From contig JBHJGS010000008.1 of assembly GCA_050331575.1 (NCBI GenBank), forward strand, positions 6,754-70,753: DNA of 64,000 bases, read 5' to 3'. Of the stretch, positions 37,131 to 46,803 are shown piece after piece; position 1 is the stretch's first letter, and every line of letters begins with the position of its first letter. This stretch comes from Rhodothalassiaceae bacterium (GTDB taxonomy: Bacteria; Pseudomonadota; Alphaproteobacteria; Sphingomonadales; Rhodothalassiaceae). The notes beneath the pieces are model-generated. The model made no database searches. It was not told the origin of the DNA and worked only from the letters and a program-made list of their open reading frames with translations. Both the position numbers and the translations under genes were made by a program.

Positions 37131-39032
37131 ATGCGTGCACCAGCGCTGATTGCCGCCGCAGCGGCGGGGTCGATTTTGGTATGGCTCGGTATGACCGCGA
37201 TTATCGGCAGCAAAACCGAGGATGCGCTTCAACAGCGGCTAAACGCGTTATCCGGCCCTTCGCTTCAGCTCAGCCTGGCAGACTACCGTTCCGGCTTCTT
37301 TACCTCGCGCGGCCGCATCACGGTGGTGGATCGGCCGCAGGGAGAGCGGCCGCCGGTGCGCCTGACCCTGCCCTTTCATGTCGCGCACGGTCCGCTGCTG
37401 TTCCACGGCGGCTTCGGCTTCGGCACGACCCGCTTCGCTAGCGACTTGGCGGAGTGGCGCCTGGATGGCCTTGAGCTAGAGGCCGACCGCACCAGCCTGG
37501 ATCTCACCGGCCAGCTGTTTGCCTGGCCACACAGCGGTTATCAGGCCATTGCCCTGGAAGCGGACGGACGGGCGAACCTAAGCATCGGATCGGCCCAAGA
37601 CGCGGTGGATGGCACCGTGCCGTTCCGCGTCGACGGCCGGATCGACGGCGATCGATCGGATGTCGAGATCGCGCTGGGGCAGACGCGCTTCAGCGACGGC
37701 AACACCAGCCTGATATGGGATCGGATCGAGGCGCGCTGGGATGGCGCCAACACCCTGCTGCTCACCGGCGAGGATGCGCGCAGCGCGGTGCGCGCCTGGG
37801 CTATGGCCGCCGCCGAGGGCCAGCCCGTCCACCTCGGCCTGGGCATTCATGGCCTTTATGCTCAACAGCAGGGATCTCCCGACGCGCAAGTGCGGGTCGG
37901 AACCGAAGAGTCCGGCTTGGCCCTCTCACTGGACAATGACGCCGACGGCCTGACTGCCTCGGTTGATGTGCCGCGCCTGCGGGCAGATGATCCCGAAGGC
38001 CGGTTCACCCTCGATCTGGTGGCTTTGCAGGCCGATCTGACGCTCGATCGCGCCTATCTTCTGGCCCTGCTCGGCGAGGAGGAAGGGGCGACGGCGCAAG
38101 ACCGCCTGGAGCAGAGCGGCAGCTGGTCGTCCGTTCAGCTGCGCGCCGCAGAGCCGGGCAATGAGGTGGAGGTGTCGATCGGGCCCTTCGCCTTTTCCTC
38201 GGTGGCCAGCGGCGCCGGCGGCCTCACGGTCGTTCAGGAGTCTGATCTGGATCTGCAAGACATGATCGTTCGATCGGCGCAGCAGGAGGCCAGGCTGGGC
38301 CGGATCTCCAGCCGCTCGGCCATCGATTTCGCGCAGACCGATGAGGATCAGCTCGCCATCGACTCCCACTTAAAGCTGGAAAACATGGTCCTCCGCGGCG
38401 GCGATCAGCCCTTCCGCGTAGACCGGCTTGAAATCCCGATGCGCATTGACGGGCTGCAGGCCGAGGCCTTCAACCGCTTTGTTGAAGGCTATATCCAAAA
38501 GAGCCTTAAGCTGTATGATGCGATGTTGCAGGGGCGTTCGCCTGAGGAGGCGTTGCCCGGCGGCCTGGAGGCCATTGACGAGCTCTATGCCCCGTTGATC
38601 ACGGCGCTGAACCCCGGGGCACAGGCCAGGATTGACCAGGCCGAGGCGATCACCAGCATCGGAGAGGCGCAGTTGCAGGCTGAGGCCGGTGTCCCGGTAG
38701 GCGATTATGCGCTGAGCCGACGCGACGTGCTGATCCGCGCGGTTGAGGCGGGCTGGCAGCTGCGGCTGTCTGAGGATATGGCGCGCGGCTTGGCCGAGCT
38801 GCAGCTGTCGACGAGCGGTAGCCTGCCCCCGAATTTGCCCGACGCTGACCTGCAAAATGCGATCACTCAGACCATCCGGGGGCTGGCCGGCCAGGGAATG
38901 CTGGTGCCGGAGGAGGACGGCGGCTTCATGGTTCGGGTTGGCATGGAAGACGGCGTCTTACTCTTGAACGGGCGGCCGATGGTGGATGTGGCAAGCAGCA
39001 TGGGCGCGCCGCAGCAAGCGGGTCAGGAATGA
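37131..39032 (+). CDS. DUF945 (YdgA-like) membrane-anchored protein
   Basis: N-terminal TM anchor. YRSGFFTSRGRITV parallels YdgA YHRGVFSSQLQL, and the C-terminal GVLLLNGRPM parallels YdgA GQITLNGQKM. GGGGGA lies before the ATG at 37131. Confidence 0.65.
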   Translation: MRAPALIAAAAAGSILVWLGMTAIIGSKTEDALQQRLNALSGPSLQLSLADYRSGFFTSRGRITVVDRPQGERPPVRLTLPFHVAHGPLLFHGGFGFGTTRFASDLAEWRLDGLELEADRTSLDLTGQLFAWPHSGYQAIALEADGRANLSIGSAQDAVDGTVPFRVDGRIDGDRSDVEIALGQTRFSDGNTSLIWDRIEARWDGANTLLLTGEDARSAVRAWAMAAAEGQPVHLGLGIHGLYAQQQGSPDAQVRVGTEESGLALSLDNDADGLTASVDVPRLRADDPEGRFTLDLVALQADLTLDRAYLLALLGEEEGATAQDRLEQSGSWSSVQLRAAEPGNEVEVSIGPFAFSSVASGAGGLTVVQESDLDLQDMIVRSAQQEARLGRISSRSAIDFAQTDEDQLAIDSHLKLENMVLRGGDQPFRVDRLEIPMRIDGLQAEAFNRFVEGYIQKSLKLYDAMLQGRSPEEALPGGLEAIDELYAPLITALNPGAQARIDQAEAITSIGEAQLQAEAGVPVGDYALSRRDVLIRAVEAGWQLRLSEDMARGLAELQLSTSGSLPPNLPDADLQNAITQTIRGLAGQGMLVPEEDGGFMVRVGMEDGVLLLNGRPMVDVASSMGAPQQAGQE

Positions 39033-39625
39033 GGGTCAGCCCGCAGCGGCTGCTGCGCTGGCTGGCATGGATGCTTGCGGCCACCGTGACCGGCTCGGTG
39101 GTGCAGCTGGCGCTGAACATCGAGGTCTACCAGGCTGTTGTCGGCATTTACGCCGCTGCGCCGCACTGGCTGTATTGGGCCGCGGGCGGGATCGCCGTGG
39201 CTGCCGCCCATGCCGCCGTGTCCGCCCACGCCCTGCGCGCGCTTCGGCCGGCGCTGTCCTGGCGCTCTGCCGGTCTGGTCATGCTCGCAGCACTCTGCCT
39301 GGATCCATATTATCTGGGCCATCTGGGGCTGCAGGCCGCCGCGGCACACAGCGATCTGGTGCGTACGGCGGGCCTGCTGATCATCGCCTGGGCGGTGGCG
39401 GGCCAACGCCCGCGCGATCCGCTGATCATGTCAGCCGCGCTGATCGCCGCAGGGCTGGTGGCAATCCTCGTCCCGCGTTATTTTCTGGTGCCGCCGTTGA
39501 TGCTGAAATTGGAGCAGGCCAGCCAGGCGCCGATGCATTTGCTGGTGTTCCTGCGCGACCAAATCCTCTGGCTGGCGGCAACACTTGTGGTCCTGTTGCC
39601 GGTGCACCGCCGTCTTGCTGTCTGA
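39029..39625 (+). CDS. polytopic membrane protein, unknown function
   Basis: ATGA start/stop overlap with the DUF945 gene. About 5-6 hydrophobic helices and high GC3. No recognisable motif. Confidence 0.55.
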   Translation: MRVSPQRLLRWLAWMLAATVTGSVVQLALNIEVYQAVVGIYAAAPHWLYWAAGGIAVAAAHAAVSAHALRALRPALSWRSAGLVMLAALCLDPYYLGHLGLQAAAAHSDLVRTAGLLIIAWAVAGQRPRDPLIMSAALIAAGLVAILVPRYFLVPPLMLKLEQASQAPMHLLVFLRDQILWLAATLVVLLPVHRRLAV

Positions 39626-41006
39626 CGCCATTGTTCAAGCTCTGAAACGCCAGCTGCCGCCGGCAGCCTGGACCGACGACCCCGCCCGTCTGGCCCCGCA
39701 TCAAGTGGAATGGCGCAAACGCTGGCACGGTGCGGCACAGATGATGGCCATGCCCGGCACGGTCGACGAAGCCGCCACGGTGGTGCGGCTGTGCGCGGAC
39801 CATGGCGTGCCGCTGGTGCCCCAGGGCGGCAATACCGGCCTTGTCGGTGGCCAGATCGCCGGTTCAGGGGAGCTGCTGATCAGCCTGAAGCGGATGACCC
39901 GGATCCGCCATGTCGATCCCGATGGCGCGCTGCTGATCGCCGAGGCCGGGGTGACGCTGGCCGAGGTGCAGGCTGCGGCTGCCCAAACGGGACTGCAATT
40001 CCCGCTGTCTCTGGCCTCGGAGGGCAGCTGTTGCATTGGTGGCGTGCTGGCCAGCAATGCCGGCGGGGTGCATGTGCTGCGCTACGGCATGGCACGGGAT
40101 CTGACCCTGGGGCTGGAAGCGGTCCTGGCGCCCGGGCGGATCTGGAACGGCCTGGCCACGGTGCGCAAGGACAATAGCGGTTATGATCTGCGGCACCTGC
40201 TGATCGGTTCGGAAGGCACCCTGGGCCTGATCACCGCGGCCAGCCTGAAGCTGTGCCCCGCCACGCCGCACCGCGCCGTGGCACTGGCAGCACTGGCAGA
40301 TCTGGATGCGGCCGTGGCCCTGCTGCGGCGGGCGCGCAGCCATCCGGCGCTGAACGCCTTTGAGGTGATGCAACGGTTCGGCCTTGACCTCGTGGCCGAG
40401 CAGACCGGTGCGGCGGCTCCGTTTCAGGCGCGGCCGCCCTGGCTGGCGCTGATCGAACTGGCCGCTGCCCTGCCGCTGGGCGAGGCCCTGGAGACGATCC
40501 TCGCCGAGGCGCTGGATGCCGGCGAGATCCGCGATGCGGTGATCGCGCAGTCCGACCAGCAGGCGCAGGATCTGTGGGCGTGGCGCGAGCGCTTGTCAGA
40601 GGCGCAAGGCATCGCCGGCCTGTCCTTCAAGCATGACATTGCGCTGCCTGTGGTCGCCATCCCGGGCTTTGTGGCGCGCATGCTGCCTGACCTTGAGGCC
40701 CGCATACCCGGTTTGAGGCCGTGCCTGTTCGGCCATCTGGGCGACGGGAATCTGCATTTCAATCTGAGCCAGCCCGTGGCGATGGACCCGCAGGCCTTCG
40801 AGGCGGAACGGCAGCCCATCGCGGAGCTGATCCACCAGGCCGTGCTGGCCGAAGGCGGCAGCATCGCGGCCGAACATGGCCTGGGCGTGCACAAGGCGGA
40901 GATTTATGCCGCCACCGCCGATCCGGTTCGGCTGGAGGCGGAGCGGGCGATCCGCCGCGCGCTCGACCCCAACGGCCTGTTCAATCCCGGCCGCAAGATC
41001 CGTTGA
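39615..41006 (+). CDS. FAD-linked oxidase (GlcD / D-2-hydroxyacid dehydrogenase family)
   Basis: VPQGGNTGLVGG FAD-binding PCMH motif and C-terminal EHGLGVHKA, DP...LFNPGK. Start uncertain: TTG 39615 or TTG 39585. Confidence 0.85.
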   Translation: MLSDAIVQALKRQLPPAAWTDDPARLAPHQVEWRKRWHGAAQMMAMPGTVDEAATVVRLCADHGVPLVPQGGNTGLVGGQIAGSGELLISLKRMTRIRHVDPDGALLIAEAGVTLAEVQAAAAQTGLQFPLSLASEGSCCIGGVLASNAGGVHVLRYGMARDLTLGLEAVLAPGRIWNGLATVRKDNSGYDLRHLLIGSEGTLGLITAASLKLCPATPHRAVALAALADLDAAVALLRRARSHPALNAFEVMQRFGLDLVAEQTGAAAPFQARPPWLALIELAAALPLGEALETILAEALDAGEIRDAVIAQSDQQAQDLWAWRERLSEAQGIAGLSFKHDIALPVVAIPGFVARMLPDLEARIPGLRPCLFGHLGDGNLHFNLSQPVAMDPQAFEAERQPIAELIHQAVLAEGGSIAAEHGLGVHKAEIYAATADPVRLEAERAIRRALDPNGLFNPGRKIR

Positions 41007-41088
41007 GGCCGGTCACTTTGGCTACGCCCGCGCCCCTCGCCTTCCAGCGAGGCTGGTGCGGCCGATGATCGGGCGGTCAAGCCGGCGC

Positions 41089-41121
41089 AAAAAAAAGGGC
41101 GGCCCGAAACTCTGGGCCGCC
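41089..41121 (-). terminator. strong rho-independent terminator, minus strand
   Basis: The minus strand reads GGCGGCCC-AGAGTTTC-GGGCCGCC followed by C and eight T. That is an 8-bp GC stem, an 8-nt loop and a U8 tail. Confidence 0.85.
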
Positions 41122-41222
41122 GCAAGTCTTAGCTCCATGACCGCTCAGGCAACAATCAGGAGCCGTACGCAATGGTTACCACTTCAGGAAACCACACAAA
41201 CACACATCCCGATGGGGATGCC
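41089..41222 (-). ncRNA. candidate sigma-54-dependent small RNA, about 130 nt
   Basis: Bounded by the promoter-like element at 41231-41246 and the terminator at 41089-41121. No credible ORF or RBS inside. Internal hairpin CATCCC-CATC-GGGATG. The 5-prime end is inferred, not observed. Confidence 0.3.
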
Positions 41223-41230
41223 TTGGTTAG

Positions 41231-41246
41231 AGCAGGACCCGTGCCA
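41231..41246 (-). promoter_or_regulatory. sigma-54 (-24/-12) promoter-like element TGGCACGGGTCCTGCT
   Basis: The minus strand reads TGGCACG-N4-CTGCT against the consensus TGGCACG-N4-TTGCW, one mismatch. AT-rich tract (TTGATTTTAAGATATTTTCGTTT) immediately upstream, and the palindrome CCCGATC-T-GATCGGG about 90 nt upstream (41329-41343). Confidence 0.4.
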
Positions 41247-41412
41247 GAAACGAAAATATCTTAAAATCAAGCACTTGGCGTTGCGCGCGGAGATCGCTGA
41301 ACCTGCTTGCCTGAATCCGGCACAGCCGACCCGATCAGATCGGGACGCCTCGTCTCATTTTGAAACAAGTCCGGGCGTGCGCGGGCCGGAGCGTTTGCGC
41401 CACATGGCGGCT

Positions 41413-41985
41413 TTAGCCTTGGGGCCGCCCCGGGGCGATGAGATCGATTTCAATACGCCGATTGGCCCGGCGCCCGGCCGCTGTGCGATTGTCGGCCGCG
41501 GGATCAGCCTCGCCGGCGCCGTGCACCGCCAAGCGATCCGCTGCCACCTGGTGGGCGCGCAAAACCGTCGCAATCGCTTCGGCTCGGTTTTGGGCCATGC
41601 GTTGGTTCAGCCGCTCAGAGCCCAGCGCGTCGGTATGGCCGCGCACAGAAACGGCGGCCTCCGTCTGGCTGATCGCCGTGGCGAGCTGGTGCAGCGCGGG
41701 CCGCACGCGCGGTCGAACCGCCGCACCGTCACTATCGAACACGATATGGCCGGGTAGAACCACCCGCACCCCGCCATCTCCAAGCGCAATCAGGCGTGCC
41801 TCCGGCATCGCCGTAACGGCTTGGGCCAATGCCTCAGCTTGCGTCTCAGAAACCGCGCGCGGTTGCGCGATCGACGCAGCGGGGCCGACGCTTGCACAGC
41901 CGCTGACGGACGCTGCGCAGCCAGCCAACAGAATCGCTGTGCCAACGCCCAGGCCTGATTGGGATCTTGTGCTTGCCTGCGTCAT
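41413..41985 (-). CDS. OmpA-family peptidoglycan-binding lipoprotein
   Basis: Lipobox LLAGC. C-terminal OmpA domain (VRGHTDALGSERLNQRMAQNRAEAIATVL...NRRIEIDLI). ATG at 41985 preferred. Confidence 0.8.
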   Translation of the reverse strand: MTQASTRSQSGLGVGTAILLAGCAASVSGCASVGPAASIAQPRAVSETQAEALAQAVTAMPEARLIALGDGGVRVVLPGHIVFDSDGAAVRPRVRPALHQLATAISQTEAAVSVRGHTDALGSERLNQRMAQNRAEAIATVLRAHQVAADRLAVHGAGEADPAADNRTAAGRRANRRIEIDLIAPGRPQG

Positions 41986-42092
41986 CGCGCCCGCCCCCAC
42001 CCGGTGCGCGCACAAGGAAAGGCGCGCGGATACCGATCCACGCGCCTTCTATCACAGACACAATCGCTTTTGGAAGGCTAAGGTGCCTTTAT

Positions 42093-42779
42093 TCACCCTG
42101 AGTAGGTGTACTCAACCTTGGTGCCATCATCGGTATGCTGGAAGATCTGCATCGCCATGCCGGCATCGTCGATCCAGAATTCGTGGGTCAACTCCCCGGT
42201 TTCGCGGCTGTGCACCTGATAATAGCGGGAATCGACCAGAGCATCGCGGATCTTGATACGCTCCCGGCCACCAAAGCTGAGAACGGAGGGACGCTCGCGC
42301 CCATTCAGCGTGTCCAACAGATCGATATTGCGGGTCTCCGTCCCATTGAACAGGCCCGGCTTGGTAAAGCTGGTGGGTGTCGTATCCAACGGCATCTCCA
42401 GCTCGCCCTTCTCCGAGGATTGCACCAACAGACATTTTGGCGTGGCTTCAGCCTTCACCAAAATGAGATCGCCATCCTTTTTCGTCTCAGAATCCAGCGC
42501 CTGCAGCGTATTGTCGCTCCAGACCTCGCGTGAATGATGCTTCACCTTTTTCAAGGTGATAAAGCCTAACTTAAACTTCAGATTGGCATCCACGTCGACA
42601 ATGCGTTTGCCGTCTTCAACGCTATGAGAGACGTGAAACTTGCCGCCATCTATGCCGCGCGCCTCAACATCGAAGGCGAAACTATCCGGGACCGTATTTG
42701 TTGCCGTCGCCGGAGCGACCTGAACAGCAACGATGGTGAACCCCGTTAAAACCACGCAGGCCTTTGCAAGAAGTGCCAT
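42093..42779 (-). CDS. secreted hypothetical protein in a lower-GC segment
   Basis: GAGGG lies before the ATG at 42779. Signal peptide MALLAKACVVLTGFTIVAVQVAPATA. Beta-rich, K/D/E-rich translation. Some 60-nt lines are near 40% GC. Confidence 0.65.
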   Translation of the reverse strand: MALLAKACVVLTGFTIVAVQVAPATATNTVPDSFAFDVEARGIDGGKFHVSHSVEDGKRIVDVDANLKFKLGFITLKKVKHHSREVWSDNTLQALDSETKKDGDLILVKAEATPKCLLVQSSEKGELEMPLDTTPTSFTKPGLFNGTETRNIDLLDTLNGRERPSVLSFGGRERIKIRDALVDSRYYQVHSRETGELTHEFWIDDAGMAMQIFQHTDDGTKVEYTYSG

Positions 42780-42906
42780 CTTGCCACCCTCTGTCCGCTT
42801 TACAAAAGCCACATTTACCCCTGAAACAGTGTGTGTACTGGGTTTGCCTAATTCGATGCACCTTATGGAACAGCTCGATCTTACACCGATCTCACTGAAC
42901 GATCGC

Positions 42907-44016
42907 TTAACCGGTCAACGCTGTCTTTACCAAATCGCAATCAGCTTCGTCGAGCCATATATGCGGCGAGATCCGAATCCAATTACCACGGACCGATGCA
43001 ATAACCTTACGCGAGCGCAGATGCTCGTTCCAGTCCGCAGCGGATTGACCGTTCGGTGGACGCACACCAAACAGGTGTGCAGCCCGGGCCTCCTCTGCGA
43101 CCGGCGTGAAGCCCGCCGCCGCAAACACCTCCGCCAGGCGCTGGGTATGAAAACGAAGACTCGGCTCTATGCGTTCCACGCGCCAGTCCAAAACCTGCTG
43201 CAAGCCCTGTTCAGCCAGCGGCAATGTCAAAAAATTTGAGCGCTCGCCCATATCAAATCGCCGGGACCCGGGCTGGTAGGACTCTGTGACACGGGTCAAT
43301 TGGCTGAAATCCTCCGAGCCTGCCCGAGCGATCCAATTCTCTTCCACCGGCACACCACCCTGATGTGCTGGCGCGACATAGAAATAGGCAAGGCCATACG
43401 GTCCGAATAGCCATTTATAGGCCGCTGCGACCGCATAGTCTGGCCGCACCTCGGCCAAGTCAAAGCTCATGGCCCCCAATGATTGCGTCAAATCCACGAA
43501 CAGGCGCGCGCCGACCCCGCGCGCCGCCTGCGAGATGGCGGCAAGATCGAGCACGCGGCCGGTCGACCAGTGGCAGTGCGGCACCGCGACCAAGGCCACC
43601 GCCTCGCCATGCGTCGATAGGGCCGCCAGCACCGCCGCGGTCCAGTCTTGATCGGCAGATCCCTCCAGGACGGTGACCTGAGCTCCGGTTTCCTGCGCCA
43701 GACGGTGCCACGGATAGCGATTGGAAGGGAATTCCTGATCCAGCACGAGGATGTGCTGGCCCGCGGCCGGACGCAGATTGCGCACAACCGTTGCAGCGGC
43801 GTAAGACACCGCCGGGATCAGCGCGACATCCTCCGCCGTTGCGCCGAACAGCTGCGCGGCAAGGCCCCGGACCCGTTCTGACGTGGTGAAAAAGTCCGCC
43901 GGCGAGGTCTGCCAGGGGGTTCGGCGCCGCGCTGCAGCACGAGCCACCGCTTGCTCGCCCGCTGCCACGATCGGCGTCATATAGGCCGCGTTCAGATACA
44001 CCAGGTCGCGCGGCAT
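42907..44016 (-). CDS. class V aminotransferase-fold PLP-dependent enzyme
   Basis: Starts MPRDLVYLNAAYMTPI..., contains AAYKWLFGPYGLAYFYV (PLP lysine context), and is the length of a cysteine-desulfurase/kynureninase-like enzyme. The track ORF is extended 5-prime to 44211. Confidence 0.8.
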   Translation of the reverse strand: MPRDLVYLNAAYMTPIVAAGEQAVARAAARRRTPWQTSPADFFTTSERVRGLAAQLFGATAEDVALIPAVSYAAATVVRNLRPAAGQHILVLDQEFPSNRYPWHRLAQETGAQVTVLEGSADQDWTAAVLAALSTHGEAVALVAVPHCHWSTGRVLDLAAISQAARGVGARLFVDLTQSLGAMSFDLAEVRPDYAVAAAYKWLFGPYGLAYFYVAPAHQGGVPVEENWIARAGSEDFSQLTRVTESYQPGSRRFDMGERSNFLTLPLAEQGLQQVLDWRVERIEPSLRFHTQRLAEVFAAAGFTPVAEEARAAHLFGVRPPNGQSAADWNEHLRSRKVIASVRGNWIRISPHIWLDEADCDLVKTALTG

Positions 44017-44143
44017 GGCGAACAGGTGACGCTGGCTGGGCAGCCGGTCCGGCGCTTGATCCCTCAAAGAGCGCGTCCTTTTTGCGTCCGTGTGATCGGC
44101 GGCATACGCGATATCACCAGACGGCAAAAGCCGTAATCGTCGC

Positions 44144-45154
44144 TCAGGGCCACCCTGCCCGATCAAAAAGTCGTTGCGCCAAGGCCTGATACCGGCCCAG
44201 CTCCGCGACATTCAGCGGGTCGGCCTTAAACGGGCCAAGGCGGTCCAGCGGCGCGGTTCGCTCCACCCCTGGCACGGCGGGATATTCGTGATTGCCCTCG
44301 GCGAAATAGCGCTGCGCGCGGTCCCCTGCCAGATATTCCAAAAAGGCGATCGCTTCAGCGCGGTGAGGGGCATGCGCGGTCAGCCCGGCGCCGGAGATGT
44401 TCACATGTGTGCCGCAGCCCTGCTGATTGGGAAAAACCCAGCCGACCGCCTCGACAACCGCCGCATCCTCCGACGCATCGCTGTCCATCAGGCGAGCGAA
44501 ATAATAGCTGTTGGCGACGGCAACATCGCAAACGCCGGCGCCAAGCGCGCGCAATTGGTCGATATCGCCGCCCTGGGGCCGGCGCGCAAAATTGGCCACC
44601 ACGCCCTGCGCCCATTCCAAGGCTGCCTGCTCGCCCTTGGCTGCGATGAGGGAGGCCATCAGGGACAAATTGTAGATATTGCCGCTGGAGCGGATACACA
44701 CCCGTCCGCGCAGTTCAGGATCCGCCAGATCCTCATAGGTCTGGATCTGCGTCGGATCGATCGCGCCCTTTCGGTAGAAGATCAGGCGCGCGCGCTGCGA
44801 AAAGCCGAACCACAGATTATCGGGATGGCGCAGATTGGCCGGAATGCGCTCAGTCAAGCTTTCCGAGGCGACCGGCTGAAACAAGTCCGCCTGCTCCGCT
44901 CGCCACAGGCGCCCCGCGTCAACGGTGATCAGAATGTCCGCCGGGCTGAACCGACCCTCGCGCCGCAGCCGCACGATCAGTTGGTCCGAGCCGCCCTCCA
45001 GGCGGTTGACCTTGATGCCCGTAGCCGCCTCGAACTCGTCGTACAGCGCTTCATCGGTATCATAATGCCGGGCCGAATAGATATTGACCACGCGCTCCTG
45101 CGCGGCAGCCAGAGTTGAACCAAGCAGGCACATGCCAATCAGCACGAATTTCAT
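44144..45154 (-). CDS. Fe(3+) ABC transporter periplasmic binding protein (FbpA/AfuA-like)
   Basis: Signal peptide MKFVLIGMCLLGSTLAAAQ followed by VVNIYSARHYDTDEALYDEFEAATGIKVN. The ATG overlaps the permease stop by 1 nt. Confidence 0.85.
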   Translation of the reverse strand: MKFVLIGMCLLGSTLAAAQERVVNIYSARHYDTDEALYDEFEAATGIKVNRLEGGSDQLIVRLRREGRFSPADILITVDAGRLWRAEQADLFQPVASESLTERIPANLRHPDNLWFGFSQRARLIFYRKGAIDPTQIQTYEDLADPELRGRVCIRSSGNIYNLSLMASLIAAKGEQAALEWAQGVVANFARRPQGGDIDQLRALGAGVCDVAVANSYYFARLMDSDASEDAAVVEAVGWVFPNQQGCGTHVNISGAGLTAHAPHRAEAIAFLEYLAGDRAQRYFAEGNHEYPAVPGVERTAPLDRLGPFKADPLNVAELGRYQALAQRLFDRAGWP

Positions 45155-46803
45155 CAGGAATTCCCTTCCGTCGACAAGGCAGGGGACAGACGCGGCCATG
45201 CCGCCGGCGGGGCTGGCCGCATCACATTCGGTCGTGCGCTCAATGCCAGGATCGGCAACAGACCGACCAGGGCGATGATCAAGGCCGGCAGCGCGGCCTG
45301 CGCCAAGCGTTCGTCTGCCGCCAACTGATGCGCCCGCACCGCCAACGTATCAACATTGAACGGGCGCAAGATCAGCGTGGCCGGCAGCTCCTTGACGGTT
45401 TCGACAAACACCAGCAAGGCGCCGACGCCCAGGCTTTTCTGCAGCAACGGCAGATGCAGGCGGCGCAAGACCCGCCCGGCACCGGCGCCCAAGCTAGTCC
45501 CGGCCTCGTCCACGGCCCGGGGAATTTTGGCATAGCCGGCTTCCAGCGGCCGCAGGGCCAAAGGCAAAAAGCGCACCTGATAGGCGATGACCAGGGCCGC
45601 TGTGGAGCCGGTGAACAGCAGCTGTTGCACGCCAAACGCGCTGATCAGTAGCCGATCCAGGCCGATGAGCGGGATCAGTAGGCCGATCGCCACCACCGAC
45701 CCCGGAATGGCATAGCCAAAATTGGCCAGGCTGACCGCGGCCCGGCTCCCAGCCCGGCGGGCAAAACGCCGCGCCGCGGCCAACAGCATGGCCAGCCCGG
45801 CCGCGATCAAGGCTGCGACCGCGCCGAGCATGAGGGTATTCGCCAACACAGCCGCCCAATCGCCGCGGCCGGACATGGGGGCCGTCGCAGCATTGATCAC
45901 CAGCAACGCCATCGGCAGCCCGAAGCCGGCGACCAGTGGCACACAACAGAGCAGGCTCAAGGTCCAGCCGCGCCAGCCGGTCAGCCGTCGCACCGTCAAG
46001 CTGCCGCCGCCGTCGGCAAAGCGGCGCCGGCCCCGGGCGAGCCGTTCGCCCAGCAGCGCAAGCGCCACGAACACCAGCAACCAGGCCGACAGGCGCGCGG
46101 CAAGCTGCGGTTCGCCCAGGCTGAACCAGGCCCGATAGATGCCCGTGGTGAAGCTGGAAATGCCGAAAAACGCCACGGTGCCATAATCAGCCAGGGTCTC
46201 CATGGCGGCCAGCGCACAGCCCGCAGCGATTGCCGGCCACGCCAATGGCAGCGCGATGCGGTACATCAGCCTGGCCCCACCCGCGCCCAACAGGCGCGCG
46301 GCATCGATCTGGGCGGCGGCTTGGCCCGTGAATGCGGCGCGCGCGGCCAGAAACACATAAGGGTAGAAAACAGAGGCCAGAACCGCCGCCGCACCGGGCA
46401 CCGAGCGGATCTGGTCGAACGACAGCCCGGTCAGACGAAAGAGTAAGCCGCCGGCTTGCACGAAATCGGTATAGGCATAGGCGACGAGGTAGGGCGGCAG
46501 CGCCAGTGGCAAGACCAAGGCCCACCGCAACACGCGGGCGCCGGGAAAGTCATAGGCCGACACCGCCCAGGCGGTCAGCCCGCCCAGCACGGCGACCGCT
46601 GGCACCACCGCCGCTGCCAAGCCAAGGCTGGTCCGGACATAGTCTGCCAGGCGCGTGCGCATCAGATGCTCAAGCCCCTCCCCGCCCGCGTCGAACAGGG
46701 CGGAGACAACCACCCCCGTGGGCAGCCCGATCAGCAGAACGCCTACCGCCAAGGCGGCGAGGATCCACAGAGGCTCTGATCGATGGTGGAACGGCCGGGT
46801 CAT
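45154..46803 (-). CDS. iron(III) ABC transporter permease, fused double permease (FbpB-like)
   Basis: 549 aa with about 12 TM helices and two EAA-like loops (IDAARLLGAGGARLMYRIALP, VDEAGTSLGAGAGRVLRRLHLP). Confidence 0.85.
   Translation of the reverse strand: MTRPFHHRSEPLWILAALAVGVLLIGLPTGVVVSALFDAGGEGLEHLMRTRLADYVRTSLGLAAAVVPAVAVLGGLTAWAVSAYDFPGARVLRWALVLPLALPPYLVAYAYTDFVQAGGLLFRLTGLSFDQIRSVPGAAAVLASVFYPYVFLAARAAFTGQAAAQIDAARLLGAGGARLMYRIALPLAWPAIAAGCALAAMETLADYGTVAFFGISSFTTGIYRAWFSLGEPQLAARLSAWLLVFVALALLGERLARGRRRFADGGGSLTVRRLTGWRGWTLSLLCCVPLVAGFGLPMALLVINAATAPMSGRGDWAAVLANTLMLGAVAALIAAGLAMLLAAARRFARRAGSRAAVSLANFGYAIPGSVVAIGLLIPLIGLDRLLISAFGVQQLLFTGSTAALVIAYQVRFLPLALRPLEAGYAKIPRAVDEAGTSLGAGAGRVLRRLHLPLLQKSLGVGALLVFVETVKELPATLILRPFNVDTLAVRAHQLAADERLAQAALPALIIALVGLLPILALSARPNVMRPAPPAAWPRLSPALSTEGNS

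Noticed and set aside
40876-41757. The 293-aa plus-strand track ORF spanning the FAD-oxidase 3-prime end, the sRNA candidate region and the ompA-like gene, and the 73-aa minus ORF 40904..41125.
   Set aside because: They run through a terminator hairpin and an AT-rich non-coding tract, lie antisense to the OmpA-domain gene, and have a junk-like translation.
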